From a virus (lineage: Duplodnaviria; Caudoviricetes): 57,451 nucleotides of DNA. The notes under the pieces are model-generated. The model had not been told where the DNA came from, ran no database searches, and saw only the letters and a list, made by a program, of their open reading frames with translations. Below are positions 8,516 through 16,429 of this stretch, one piece after another (position 1 is the stretch's first letter; every line of letters starts with the position of its first letter). Position numbers and translations under genes: made by a program. The DNA lies in the IMG/VR virus record IMGVR_UViG_3300027637_000001, positions 1-57,451 of that record; one strand, written 5' to 3'.

Positions 8516-8997
8516 CGGACGTGCACCCGCTGGAGATCATCGGCGGGGGCGGGCCCGTCGACTGGGGCGCCGTCGTGCCACACCTCGACGACCCCGTGGA
8601 ACGCCAGGCGCCGCCACGCCTCCGATAGCCACCCGCCCATCGGGACCACCAGGCCCAGCGCCACGGCGTCGGCCCGGTCCATCGGCTCCACCCCGTCGTT
8701 GTGCCCAGCGCACAGCGTCAGCAGGTTGACCGGCAGGTACGGGCCGCCCTGGCCGTCCTTCCACAGATGGTGCACCGTCAACGGCCCCAGGCAGTCGCCG
8801 AGCAGCGACCCGGCCAGGCGGCACCGGCCGCCGTCCCGGGCGAACACCGCCCCGCGGATCTCGGCCCGCTCGTCCCGGACAGCAACCCGGCGCTCAGACA
8901 CCGAGTTGATGCGCTTGTGTCGGCGGGGGCCGGCGCCACGGTCGAGCCCCGTCCGGCGCCGCGGGCCCGGCCCCGGCGTCAGCCGTCCCGGCCTCAC
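8512..8997 (-). CDS. HNH endonuclease
   Basis: RDGGRCR..C.GPLTVHHL..GG..NLLTLCAGHN. Confidence 0.8.
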   Translation of the reverse strand: MRPGRLTPGPGPRRRTGLDRGAGPRRHKRINSVSERRVAVRDERAEIRGAVFARDGGRCRLAGSLLGDCLGPLTVHHLWKDGQGGPYLPVNLLTLCAGHNDGVEPMDRADAVALGLVVPMGGWLSEAWRRLAFHGVVEVWHDGAPVDGPAPADDLQRVHVR

Positions 8998-9620
8998 AGC
9001 TTCTCCAGGATCAGGAGCGACGAATAGTTCCGGCGGGCATGCACCTGTCGGCGGCCCGGAGGCTGCGGGCGGACCGGGCGCACCAGGTGGAACATGTCGA
9101 CCAGGCGAGCCCGGCGCCTGGTCATCCCCGCGGCCTCGTGGACGTAGCCCTCGGCGTGGGCGGCGAACTCGCGGGTCTGCCAGCGCACCTGGCCCGAGCA
9201 CACCTGGTCCTGGCACTTGACCCACAGCAGCCCGCCCCGGCGGCGGCCCTCCCGGCCGCGCAGCAGGCGGAGCCCCTCGTCGATCCCGTCGCGCAACAGC
9301 TGGTGCTTCTCCTGCCAGGACATCACCTCGTTGATGCCGTAGCGCTCGTCGAAGTCGCCGAGGTCCGGGGTGCCGTTCAGCCGGTAGGGGCCGTCGAAGC
9401 ACACGACGTCGAAGCTCGACGGCGGCAGGCCCGTGGCCCGGAAGTCGGTCGGCGGCGTGATCTTGGTGAGGTCCGGTGGGGCGCCCTTGCGCCACCACGC
9501 GCCCCGCCCGTAGGTCAGGTCCACGACCCGGTCGGCTTCCCGGAGGTAGCCGAGCCGGGTCGCGGCGTGGACCAGGTCGACGTTCGTGCCGGTGACGATC
9601 GCCGGGACGTCGCCGGTCAC
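8994..9620 (-). CDS. Putative DNA amino-methyltransferase
   Basis: Motif I DLTYGRG, DFR, motif IV-like FDGPY (normally DPPY), VKCQDQV, QVHARRNYS. Confidence 0.7.
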   Translation of the reverse strand: MTGDVPAIVTGTNVDLVHAATRLGYLREADRVVDLTYGRGAWWRKGAPPDLTKITPPTDFRATGLPPSSFDVVCFDGPYRLNGTPDLGDFDERYGINEVMSWQEKHQLLRDGIDEGLRLLRGREGRRRGGLLWVKCQDQVCSGQVRWQTREFAAHAEGYVHEAAGMTRRRARLVDMFHLVRPVRPQPPGRRQVHARRNYSSLLILEKL

Positions 9621-9778
9621 GACGCCTCGCAACACGGGTGGGGGCCGGGCGCTCGGCCCGACCCGGCGCACAGCGGGCACTCAACCTCTCCGCCGCCCTC
9701 GCTGCGCATCTGGCGTACGACGCGACTTCCCCGGCAGAGCCGGCACGGATGGCCCAGCAGGCAGGTGTCGGTGGTCAC
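9617..9778 (-). CDS. Small DnaJ-like zinc-finger protein
   Basis: CRLCRGS..CPLCAGSG; GTGA coupling. Confidence 0.6.
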   Translation of the reverse strand: MTTDTCLLGHPCRLCRGSRVVRQMRSEGGGEVECPLCAGSGRAPGPHPCCEAS

Positions 9779-10107
9779 GACGCCTCGACCGAGCACGGGG
9801 GCTGGAGGTTCTCGACCAGCCACGCCTCGGCGTTGTCCATGGCGTGCTGGACGAGGCGGCCGGCGACGTCGTGGCCGCCGTAGCCCTCGGTCGGAGCCCA
9901 GCCCGCCAGGTAGTCGAACACGGTGCGGTCGACCTCGCCGGAGCGGAACAGGACTGTGGTGACGATCTGGGCGCCGCGGGTCTGGTGCTCGTCGCTCCAG
10001 ACGCCGAGCACGGCCACCATGACGTCGGCGATGTCGGGCCGGTCGAGGATCCGCACGGACCGGAAGGCCGGGTTACCGCTGGGGGTGTCGGTGAGCATGG
10101 CCGTCAC
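9775..10107 (-). CDS. Hypothetical protein
   Basis: GTGA coupling, high GC3. Confidence 0.65.
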   Translation of the reverse strand: MTAMLTDTPSGNPAFRSVRILDRPDIADVMVAVLGVWSDEHQTRGAQIVTTVLFRSGEVDRTVFDYLAGWAPTEGYGGHDVAGRLVQHAMDNAEAWLVENLQPPCSVEAS

Positions 10108-10322
10108 GCCACCACGTCGGAGGGGCCGACCCAGTAGGTGCGGACCCCGTCCTCGCGGTACTTCTTGGGGGCCTTGATCGGCTCCAGCTCGTACCAGCCG
10201 TCACCCGCTTCGCTCATGTAGCTCGGGGTGGCGGGCCGGAGGACCCGGAAGGTGCCGACCTTGCGGTACTGGACGACCGTGCCGGCGGCCAGGGCGTTCT
10301 CGGTGGTGTCGGTGATCTCCAT
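10104..10322 (-). CDS. Leaderless hypothetical protein (MEITDTT...)
   Basis: ATG 7 nt after TAACAT. Confidence 0.7.
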   Translation of the reverse strand: MEITDTTENALAAGTVVQYRKVGTFRVLRPATPSYMSEAGDGWYELEPIKAPKKYREDGVRTYWVGPSDVVA

Positions 10323-10329
10323 GAGCGTC

Positions 10330-10368
10330 ATGTTACCGCGCTCACCCGTCATGTGCAAGCGCGGTAAC
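10330..10368 (-). promoter_or_regulatory. Motif-containing leaderless promoter
   Basis: GTTACCGCGC-TTGCAC-17 nt ending GAGCGCGG-TAACAT. Confidence 0.8.
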
Positions 10369-10382
10369 GGCCGGGTGGTCGG

Positions 10383-10607
10383 TCACGGCCCACCCACAGA
10401 ACGAGCAGAACCGGTCGGCGTCGGGTCGGGTGGGATCCACCCACGAGAGGGACGCGGTGCAATTCCCCACCGGCACCCGGGGCCCGCCATCCGAACGGCC
10501 CAGGCCCTGGGCTCCCAAGCCACGCTTCCACGCGGCGGCAGCGGCAGCGGATGCCACAGCACCCCGCCCGCCTCCGTCACGACCAGCACCCCCAGGCGCT
10601 CGCCCAT
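10383..10607 (-). CDS. Hypothetical protein, possibly frameshifted
   Basis: TGATG coupling; codon bias appears to switch frame near 10465. Confidence 0.35.
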   Translation of the reverse strand: MGERLGVLVVTEAGGVLWHPLPLPPRGSVAWEPRAWAVRMAGPGCRWGIAPRPSRGWIPPDPTPTGSARSVGGP

Positions 10608-11137
10608 CAGAACGGGGCATCGCCGGTCGCCCGATGCTGGCCGGCCACCGCCGCTTCCAACGTCTCCCGCGACAACTGGAGCTGCTCATGGGATCGCGCC
10701 GGGCCCGACGACTGCACGACCGGCGGGCGCTGACGGTGATGCACCAGCGGCGGCACGCACCCCTTGGGGCACGCCTTCACCCACCACTGATGCCGGGCGT
10801 CCGTGCCCATGTCCAGCCACCCCGAGTCCAGGCACGTCAGACACTCCACCGTCCCCTCGGGCGACGCCTCCCGCATCACCCGGTGCCGGCGCCTGTTCGC
10901 GGAGATCACCGCCGCCCGGAACTGCGCCACCGTCGGGAACCGATCCACCTTCTCGTCGAGCAGGATCAGGTCCAGGCCGGCCACGACGTCCTCGATCGCG
11001 CACCCGCCGATCCCGGCCCGCCACAGCATCATCATCCCGTCGACCGTGGTCTCGTCGTCCAGCGGCCGGTTGTAGTTCAGCGACAGCGTCGCCAGCACCT
11101 TGGCGATGTCGGCGTCGGTCACGTTCGACTCGCTCAC
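10607..11137 (-). CDS. Helicase loader/inhibitor-like protein (lambda P / G39P position) with Zn ribbon
   Basis: Coupled to the initiator; W..RFPTVAQFR; CLTC..CPKGC. Confidence 0.6.
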   Translation of the reverse strand: MSESNVTDADIAKVLATLSLNYNRPLDDETTVDGMMMLWRAGIGGCAIEDVVAGLDLILLDEKVDRFPTVAQFRAAVISANRRRHRVMREASPEGTVECLTCLDSGWLDMGTDARHQWWVKACPKGCVPPLVHHRQRPPVVQSSGPARSHEQLQLSRETLEAAVAGQHRATGDAPF

Positions 11138-12027
11138 TGCCCCGACCCCAACGCCCGACGGGCCGCGCCCGATCCCAGCGCCTGCTGGCCGCCGGCCGCC
11201 CGCTCCTGGAGCAGCCCGAGCCCGGCCCCCATCCGACCACCAGCGTTCGCTGGGCGGGACGGACCGGGAAGCGGATCATCCTCCCACCGACCGGCATTGA
11301 GCCAGCCCTCGGGGTACTTCGTGAAGTCCGGCTTGCGGTTCGGGTCGTCCCGGTAGCGCTCGGCCCCGGCGATGATGTCGGCGGCGTTCGCGCGGCGGAT
11401 CGCGCGGTCCCAGGCCTTGCGCGCCGCCACCTTCCCGGTCTTGAGCGGGTACACCCGCCAGAAGGCGTCGAACCCGATCAGCGTGAGGGGCTCCTCTCTG
11501 GCCGCCGGAGGCGACTCCGGGCCCATCAACGTGAGTTGGTCGCGAGAGTTAGAGACAGGGGTTGGGTTTTCCTTGGGATCTACCTTGGGTTCTAGATCGC
11601 CCGCGCCGTGTGCGCGGGCCTCGCGCAGGGTGCGCGGGTCACCCGCGCCGTGTGCGCGGGCCAGGCGGGCGTCGGGGGCACCCTCGGGAGAGGCCGTCGG
11701 GTAGGCCCGGCGCCCTGGTTCGTAGACCGCCGGGCGGCCGTCGGGCATCACGAGAGCGAAGCGGCGGGCCCGGGTTGCGCTCTGGGCGTCGTCCCGCGAC
11801 CGGCCGTCGTCGAGGACCACGAGCAGCTCATGCTCGACCAGTTCGGCGAGGGCTCGGCGAACGGCGCCTTCAGAGAGCCGGGCCTTCTGGGCGATGGTGC
11901 GGACTCGCATCCACAGCTCGTAGCCGTTCTGGTCGTTGGCGCTGTCGGCGAGGGCCAGGTGGACCTGGAACGCGGCACCGGTGACGGGGGAGTGCCGGAA
12001 CACCCAGCCGATGGCCTCGGCGCTCAT
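11134..12027 (-). CDS. Phage replication initiator (HTH, lambda O-like)
   Basis: N-terminal AIGWVF..LALADSAND HTH; C-terminal FDAFWRVYPLKTGKVAARKAW..YPEGWLNAGRWED. Confidence 0.85.
   Translation of the reverse strand: MSAEAIGWVFRHSPVTGAAFQVHLALADSANDQNGYELWMRVRTIAQKARLSEGAVRRALAELVEHELLVVLDDGRSRDDAQSATRARRFALVMPDGRPAVYEPGRRAYPTASPEGAPDARLARAHGAGDPRTLREARAHGAGDLEPKVDPKENPTPVSNSRDQLTLMGPESPPAAREEPLTLIGFDAFWRVYPLKTGKVAARKAWDRAIRRANAADIIAGAERYRDDPNRKPDFTKYPEGWLNAGRWEDDPLPGPSRPANAGGRMGAGLGLLQERAAGGQQALGSGAARRALGSGQ
11545..11662. repeat. Putative replication origin: iterons and AT-richer segment inside the initiator gene
   Basis: cccgcgccgtgtgcgcgggcc at 11600 and 11642, degenerate copy at 11620; adjacent AT-richer tract with repeated ccttggg. 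Confidence 0.7.
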
Positions 12028-12077
12028 CGGGATGGACCGCCGGGGTGGACTGCGGTAACGTTGGCCTCGTTGGGCAT
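12024..12077 (-). CDS. 17-aa leader ORF coupled to the initiator (MPNEANVTAVHPGGPSR)
   Basis: Strong AAGGAGG RBS; TGA overlaps the initiator ATG (ATGA). Confidence 0.55.
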   Translation of the reverse strand: MPNEANVTAVHPGGPSR

Positions 12078-12160
12078 GGAGTCGTGACCTCCTTGTTCTG
12101 GAAGGGTCGGCCGTGGGGGCCGGCCCTTCTCGCGTCTGGGGGCCGCACCCTACGCCATCC

Positions 12161-12206
12161 GTGACCGCGGTGCCACGTTGCACACCAGCGTGTTCCGCGG
12201 TAACGT
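12161..12206 (+). promoter_or_regulatory. Motif-containing promoter of the recombination operon
   Basis: GTGACCGCGG..TTGCAC-17 nt ending GTTCCGCGG-TAACGT. Confidence 0.8.
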
Positions 12207-12235
12207 GCGGGTTCCCCACGACCCAGGAGGTCACG

Positions 12236-12964
12236 ATGTCCGACACCATCCCCACCCGCCCCGACGAGTCGATCGCCGAGCCCCTCGACGACGAGACGGC
12301 CGTCACGCTCATGGAGCTGATCGACGACACGCCGGTGGAACACCTGCTCGACGCGTGGCTGGAGGCCTCGCTGGCCGAGGTCGGCGACGAGCCCGAGGAC
12401 CAGGAGCAGGTCGACCGGCTGCTCTGGGTGCTGCGCCGCCTGCGTCAGCGCCGCGCCGAGGTCCTGGCCACCGGTCAGCGCCGGGTCGACCTGATCACGC
12501 ACTGGGCGACCGGTGAGATCGACAAGCTCGACGGCCGGGCGGCGCACATCGAGCGGACGCTGGAGAACTGGGCGCACGCCGAGCGCGAGCGCACCGGCCG
12601 CCAGACGGTCAAACTCCCGGCGGGGAACCTGGAGATCCGGGCCCGGCGCGAGCGGGTCGTGGTCCTCGACCCGAAGTCCGACGCCACCGTGGCCGCCGTC
12701 GGTGCGCTGGTCCCCGAGGCGGTGAAGACCACCCACGAGGTCCAGGGCAGCCAGGTGAAGGCGGTCGCGGTGGCCGACACGGTCGACGCCACGAACTGGG
12801 CCGCGGCGCAGGGCATCGAGATCCCGGAGGGCTACCAGGCACGGCGGGCGATCGTCGCCGACGACGGGGACGATCCGTCGTACTCGGTAGTGCCGGCCGT
12901 CGTGTACCTGGTCCCGGTCGAGGGCCGCGACGGGTTCACGTTCAAGGCGGTGACGGACCGGTGA
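12236..12964 (+). CDS. Gam-like host-nuclease inhibitor (Mu Gam / Gp157-like)
   Basis: AGGAGG RBS; helical N-terminus, W..E..KL, TVKLPAGNLEIR. Confidence 0.7.
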   Translation: MSDTIPTRPDESIAEPLDDETAVTLMELIDDTPVEHLLDAWLEASLAEVGDEPEDQEQVDRLLWVLRRLRQRRAEVLATGQRRVDLITHWATGEIDKLDGRAAHIERTLENWAHAERERTGRQTVKLPAGNLEIRARRERVVVLDPKSDATVAAVGALVPEAVKTTHEVQGSQVKAVAVADTVDATNWAAAQGIEIPEGYQARRAIVADDGDDPSYSVVPAVVYLVPVEGRDGFTFKAVTDR

Positions 12965-13275
12965 GCGACTTCGCCAACCCGGAGCCCCCGGCGGCCGTCA
13001 GGTGGATCCCATCGGACGGGTCGATGTCGCCCGTCGCCGCTCGGGAAGTCGAGCAGGACGAGGCCGAGCACGACCTGGTCATGGACCAGATCCGGGCCGA
13101 GGCCAACGAGCTGGCCGCCGTCGAGGCGCACCGGAAGATCCTCCGGGCCGCCGAGCAGGACGAGGCGCGGGCCCGGGCGTTCCAGCAGCGGGTCATCGGC
13201 TGGGCGTACGTGCTGCTCGTGGGCCTGCTCGCCGTGGTCTTCTGGATCCTCGTCCAGGTCGCGGTCGAGCTGTGA
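12961..13275 (+). CDS. Membrane protein with C-terminal TM helix
   Basis: GTGA coupling at both ends; VIGWAYVLLVGLLAVVFWILV. Confidence 0.7.
   Translation: MSDFANPEPPAAVRWIPSDGSMSPVAAREVEQDEAEHDLVMDQIRAEANELAAVEAHRKILRAAEQDEARARAFQQRVIGWAYVLLVGLLAVVFWILVQVAVEL
12988..13033. repeat. 46-bp exact direct repeat, copy 2
   Basis: Identical to 76..121. Confidence 0.95.
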
Positions 13276-14789
13276 CCACCACCGACGAGGTGGTCACGCC
13301 GGAGGTGATGCCGTCCCCCGGTGGTGGCCTGGTGCACGCGCCCGGCACCGAGGTGGCCGAGCCGGCGGCCTCAGCGATCGACCGGGCGGCCGAGGCCGCT
13401 CTGGCCATGCCGGGTGTCCCCGGGAGCGACGAGTTCCTGTCCCTGGCCGCCCAAGCGAAGATGCTGTCGCTGTCGGGGGCGGCGCCGGAGGCGGTGCGGG
13501 AGAACCCGCACATCGCGTTCCACGTCGCGATGGTGGGCCGCGACCTCGGGATCTCCCCGACCGCGGCGATCAACCTCATTGACGTGATCAAGACCCGGTC
13601 GGGTTACCAGCTGTCGCTGTCGCCGCAGCTGCTTAACGCGCAGATCCGCCGCCTGGGTCTGGGCGCGGTGCGGCCGGTAGTGCAGGAGCGTGACCGGGCG
13701 GTCGCCGTGGCGATCGGCCCGAACGGTGAGGAGCTGGGCCGCACGGAGTTCACGTGGGCGGACGCCCAGGACGCCGGGTTGGCCGGGCCCGCCTGCCAGC
13801 CGGGCGAGCACAGCGAGGCGTGCAAGCGCGGCACCCAGGGCGCCAAGTGCAATCAGGGCTACCGGACGTACCCGCGGCGCATGATGTGGTGGCGGGCCGC
13901 CGGGTTCTGCGCCGCCGACTGGTTCCCGGACGCGTCGGTCGGGCTCTACTCCCCCGAGGAGCTGGGCGCCGTCGTGGACGACCAGGGCCGGCCGCTCGAC
14001 CCCGCGCAGGTCGCGCTACCGCCGGGCTACTCCGACCCGGTCGCCGAGAAGGCGGAGCGCCAGGCGGTCGCCGACCGGCCCGCGTCGCCGGACAAGCTGT
14101 GGGAGCTGCAGGAGCTGGTGTACGCGCTCCCGGCGGAGCTGCTGGCCGAGTTCCGGGCCGCGTGGAAGGCGAACGACCGCCTGTCCCCCTTCCCGCTGCG
14201 GCACCTCCCCCAGCGTCTCCTCGGGACCGCCCGGGCGATGGTGAACGCCCAGTGGGCCGCCGCCACCAAGGCCGGGTTCGACAAGGCCACCGAGGAGGAC
14301 CGCCTACGCCACCGCTTGGCCGAGGGCGTCGCCTACCTGTTCCGGGCCGGCCCACCCGCGCAGGATCCGGCCGCTGTGGCCGCCACAGCGGCCCAGGACG
14401 GCCCCGGGGAGCCCTCCGGGTCCGCAGGGAGCGGGGAAACCGCTACGGGCGACACAGCGCCTCTCCCGGATGACGAGCGGACCGCGGCCGAGGAGGAGCC
14501 CGAGCGGGACTGGACGCCGGTCCTGCGTCAGCTCGCCGACGAGGTCCGCGCCCAGCTCGCCAAGATCCCGGCCGACGTCGGCGAACGCATCATGCGCGCC
14601 GTCGCCGCGATGCACCACAGCGCGGTGAACCGCGTCATCGCCGACGCCGGAGAGACCGCGGCCTACCCGCCGGAGCTGCACATCGACGGCCGGCGCATGG
14701 CCGCCACCATCGTGGCCGCCGCCGCGTTCGAGGTGTCGGGGGAGATCCACCCCGAGGTGGTCGCCGTCGAGGAGAAGGCGCAGGGCTGA
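13272..14789 (+). CDS. RecT-like ssDNA annealing protein with C-terminal extension
   Basis: GRDLGISP..AIN.I.VI, FTWADAQDAGL, YPRRMMWWRA..FPD..GLYSPEEL. Confidence 0.8.
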   Translation: MTTTDEVVTPEVMPSPGGGLVHAPGTEVAEPAASAIDRAAEAALAMPGVPGSDEFLSLAAQAKMLSLSGAAPEAVRENPHIAFHVAMVGRDLGISPTAAINLIDVIKTRSGYQLSLSPQLLNAQIRRLGLGAVRPVVQERDRAVAVAIGPNGEELGRTEFTWADAQDAGLAGPACQPGEHSEACKRGTQGAKCNQGYRTYPRRMMWWRAAGFCAADWFPDASVGLYSPEELGAVVDDQGRPLDPAQVALPPGYSDPVAEKAERQAVADRPASPDKLWELQELVYALPAELLAEFRAAWKANDRLSPFPLRHLPQRLLGTARAMVNAQWAAATKAGFDKATEEDRLRHRLAEGVAYLFRAGPPAQDPAAVAATAAQDGPGEPSGSAGSGETATGDTAPLPDDERTAAEEEPERDWTPVLRQLADEVRAQLAKIPADVGERIMRAVAAMHHSAVNRVIADAGETAAYPPELHIDGRRMAATIVAAAAFEVSGEIHPEVVAVEEKAQG

Positions 14790-14794
14790 CGCGC

Positions 14795-14836
14795 AGGAGC
14801 CCGGGTCTCTCCCCCGACGGCAGAGACTCGGGCTCC
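14795..14836 (+). terminator. Hairpin after the RecT-like gene
   Basis: aggagcccgggtctct / agagactcgggctcct stem. Confidence 0.7.
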
Positions 14837-14930
14837 TTGCTCACCCCTGGACCGGTGCCCCCACGTGGGCCCTCGGTGACGAGAGCCTACCGCGGGGGTC
14901 GCCCCGGGCGCCGCTGGGGGCGTCCGGGGA

Positions 14931-15272
14931 CTACGGGGCCCGAGACCCGAGCGGGGGTTCCGCGGCCGAGTCGGTGTTGTCGACCGCCTTCACGGTCTTA
15001 TGGGCGAACCCGCCGGTCGAGCCGACGACCACCGCGGCGTAGAACAGCGAGGCGATGTCGAGGTCGCCCAGCGACTCGGTGAACCCGGGCAGCGTCAGGG
15101 CGCTGGTGGCCTCCGCCTGGGACCCGAGCAGGAGCGCCAGGAACGCCGTCGCCCACGGAATCACCGTGGTCCCCGCCCTCGACCACTCGCTGGCCTGCAG
15201 AAACTTGATCAGGGTGGTGAGCTGTGAGGCCACGAGGCCGAGCGCCACCAGCGTTGCGAGATCCTGTTCCAC
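14931..15272 (-). CDS. Putative holin
   Basis: GGGAGG RBS, GTG start, 2-3 hydrophobic helices, downstream of the endolysin. Confidence 0.6.
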   Translation of the reverse strand: MEQDLATLVALGLVASQLTTLIKFLQASEWSRAGTTVIPWATAFLALLLGSQAEATSALTLPGFTESLGDLDIASLFYAAVVVGSTGGFAHKTVKAVDNTDSAAEPPLGSRAP

Positions 15273-15391
15273 GTGGAACCTCCCGTGTCGTGTTACCGGG
15301 GAGCGTACGCGGTGGGGCCCGCACCCCGGAGGATGCGGGCCCTGTGTGTGGGTAGTCAGGTGGGCCGCGGTCAACGGGCCTCGGCTCAGAC

Positions 15392-15403
15392 TCAGCGGTT
15401 CAT
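15392..15403 (-). other. Leaderless minigene ATG AAC CGC TGA (M-N-R)
   Basis: TAGGGT -10-like box 6 nt before the ATG. Confidence 0.45.
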
Positions 15404-15483
15404 GGGTCGACCCTACACGCGGGACGGCCCCCACCACGGAGGATGGGGGCCGAGCGCAACTCTCGCAGGTCGAGGTGCCGGGG

Positions 15484-15495
15484 TCAGTTGATCAT
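15484..15495 (-). other. Leaderless minigene ATG ATC AAC TGA (M-I-N)
   Basis: TACGGT -10 box 6 nt before the ATG, the same geometry as other leaderless genes here. Confidence 0.5.
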
Positions 15496-15521
15496 GCGAC
15501 CACCGTAGCCCCGACGCGGAG

Positions 15522-15712
15522 CGGCCCCCACCCGGAGGTGGAGGCCGTCCGTTCTGGTCGGCGGGTCAGGTACGAGCCGGAAGACTCACCCCGATCCGCC
15601 GTGCCGGGCTAATGGCGGTAGCAGCCACCCGGCGGGGGGCACGACCCGAGGCCTAGGAACCCCCGGGCGCTACCGGCCCCTCTGTGATGCGCAGTCGTCG
15701 CAAACCTCGGCC
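15522..15712 (-). ncRNA. Candidate structured RNA downstream of the endolysin
   Basis: Nested stems (cggtagc/gctaccg; ggcgg-ucggg-ugaguc / ggcucg-ccuga-ccgcc) with G-U pairs on the minus strand; no credible ORF. Confidence 0.35.
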
Positions 15713-15715
15713 AGC

Positions 15716-16429
15716 CTACGCGAACAGGACCGAGTGGAACGTGGCCGGCCCCGCCACGCCGTCCACCCGCAGCCCGTGGTCCCGCTGCCAGTCGACCACC
15801 GCGGCGTGCGTGAGCGGCCCGAACGAGCCGTCGATCACCAGCGGGTAGCCGCGCTGACGCAGCAAGTCCTGCCAGACCCGCACCACCGGGCCCCGGTCGT
15901 TGAGCCGTGCCGAGCCCGGGTAGCCGCCCGGCGGCGGCACCGGCCGGCCACCGGTCAGCGGGCCCGGCTGGCCGCCGGCCGCCGCGATGTAGGCCCGGAT
16001 CCGCGTCGCTGTGGCGCGGGCCTGGGCGGCGGTGCCCATGAACTCGAAGTGCATCGCGTCGGGCCACGCGAACCGGCCGCCCCACCGGAACCCGTTGTCG
16101 GTCCACAGCTGGACCATCCAGGCGGGCATGTCGGTGACCAGCCGCCGGTCGGCGCGCCGCGGGTTCGTCGGGGCGTTGATGTCGACGGCGGTGCCCTGGG
16201 AGTGGTTCGACGGGGACGACGTTCCGGCGATCGGGCGGCACGCGTAACCCCACGTCCAGTCCGGTCGGATGTCGTAGCCGCGGGCCTCGGTGAGGTCCAT
16301 CAGGAGCGCGACGAGGGGGGCGAGGTCCCGGTGGATGGGCAGGCGGAGACCGTCGTGCCGGGCCAGGGTCACGATCCGGCCCATGCGGTCGCAGTTCGGC
16401 CAGGCGGGCCCGAACGAGGCGTCAGCCAT
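15716..16429 (-). CDS. Endolysin: M15 peptidase plus peptidoglycan-binding domain
   Basis: SNHSQGTAVDIN, WGG, DAMHFE; C-terminal DGSFGPLT..WQ..GLRVDGVAGPAT. Confidence 0.92.
   Translation of the reverse strand: MADASFGPAWPNCDRMGRIVTLARHDGLRLPIHRDLAPLVALLMDLTEARGYDIRPDWTWGYACRPIAGTSSPSNHSQGTAVDINAPTNPRRADRRLVTDMPAWMVQLWTDNGFRWGGRFAWPDAMHFEFMGTAAQARATATRIRAYIAAAGGQPGPLTGGRPVPPPGGYPGSARLNDRGPVVRVWQDLLRQRGYPLVIDGSFGPLTHAAVVDWQRDHGLRVDGVAGPATFHSVLFA

Larger units (their letters stand above)
15307..15547 (-). repeat. Three related hairpins, each followed by CCGCGT
   Basis: Hairpins at 15315-15342, 15425-15452 and 15522-15547; compensatory base changes; G-U pairs and UCCG loops form on the minus strand. 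Confidence 0.85.

Noticed and set aside
76-13033. 46-bp repeat as a DGR template/variable pair or as attL/attR
   Set aside because: The copies are identical with no adenine-specific changes, no reverse transcriptase or integrase is visible, and the repeat is not tRNA-like
15307-15547. Hairpin repeats as a CRISPR mini-array or TIGR-type array
   Set aside because: There are only three divergent repeats with unequal 60-75 nt gaps, no cas or Nop-domain gene is visible, and related hairpins occur as ordinary terminators at 41724 and 47684
15315-15547. GGA loops on the plus strand as a CsrA/RsmA sponge RNA
   Set aside because: Stem mismatches become G-U pairs and UCCG tetraloops only on the minus strand, so the plus-strand RNA is the less likely form
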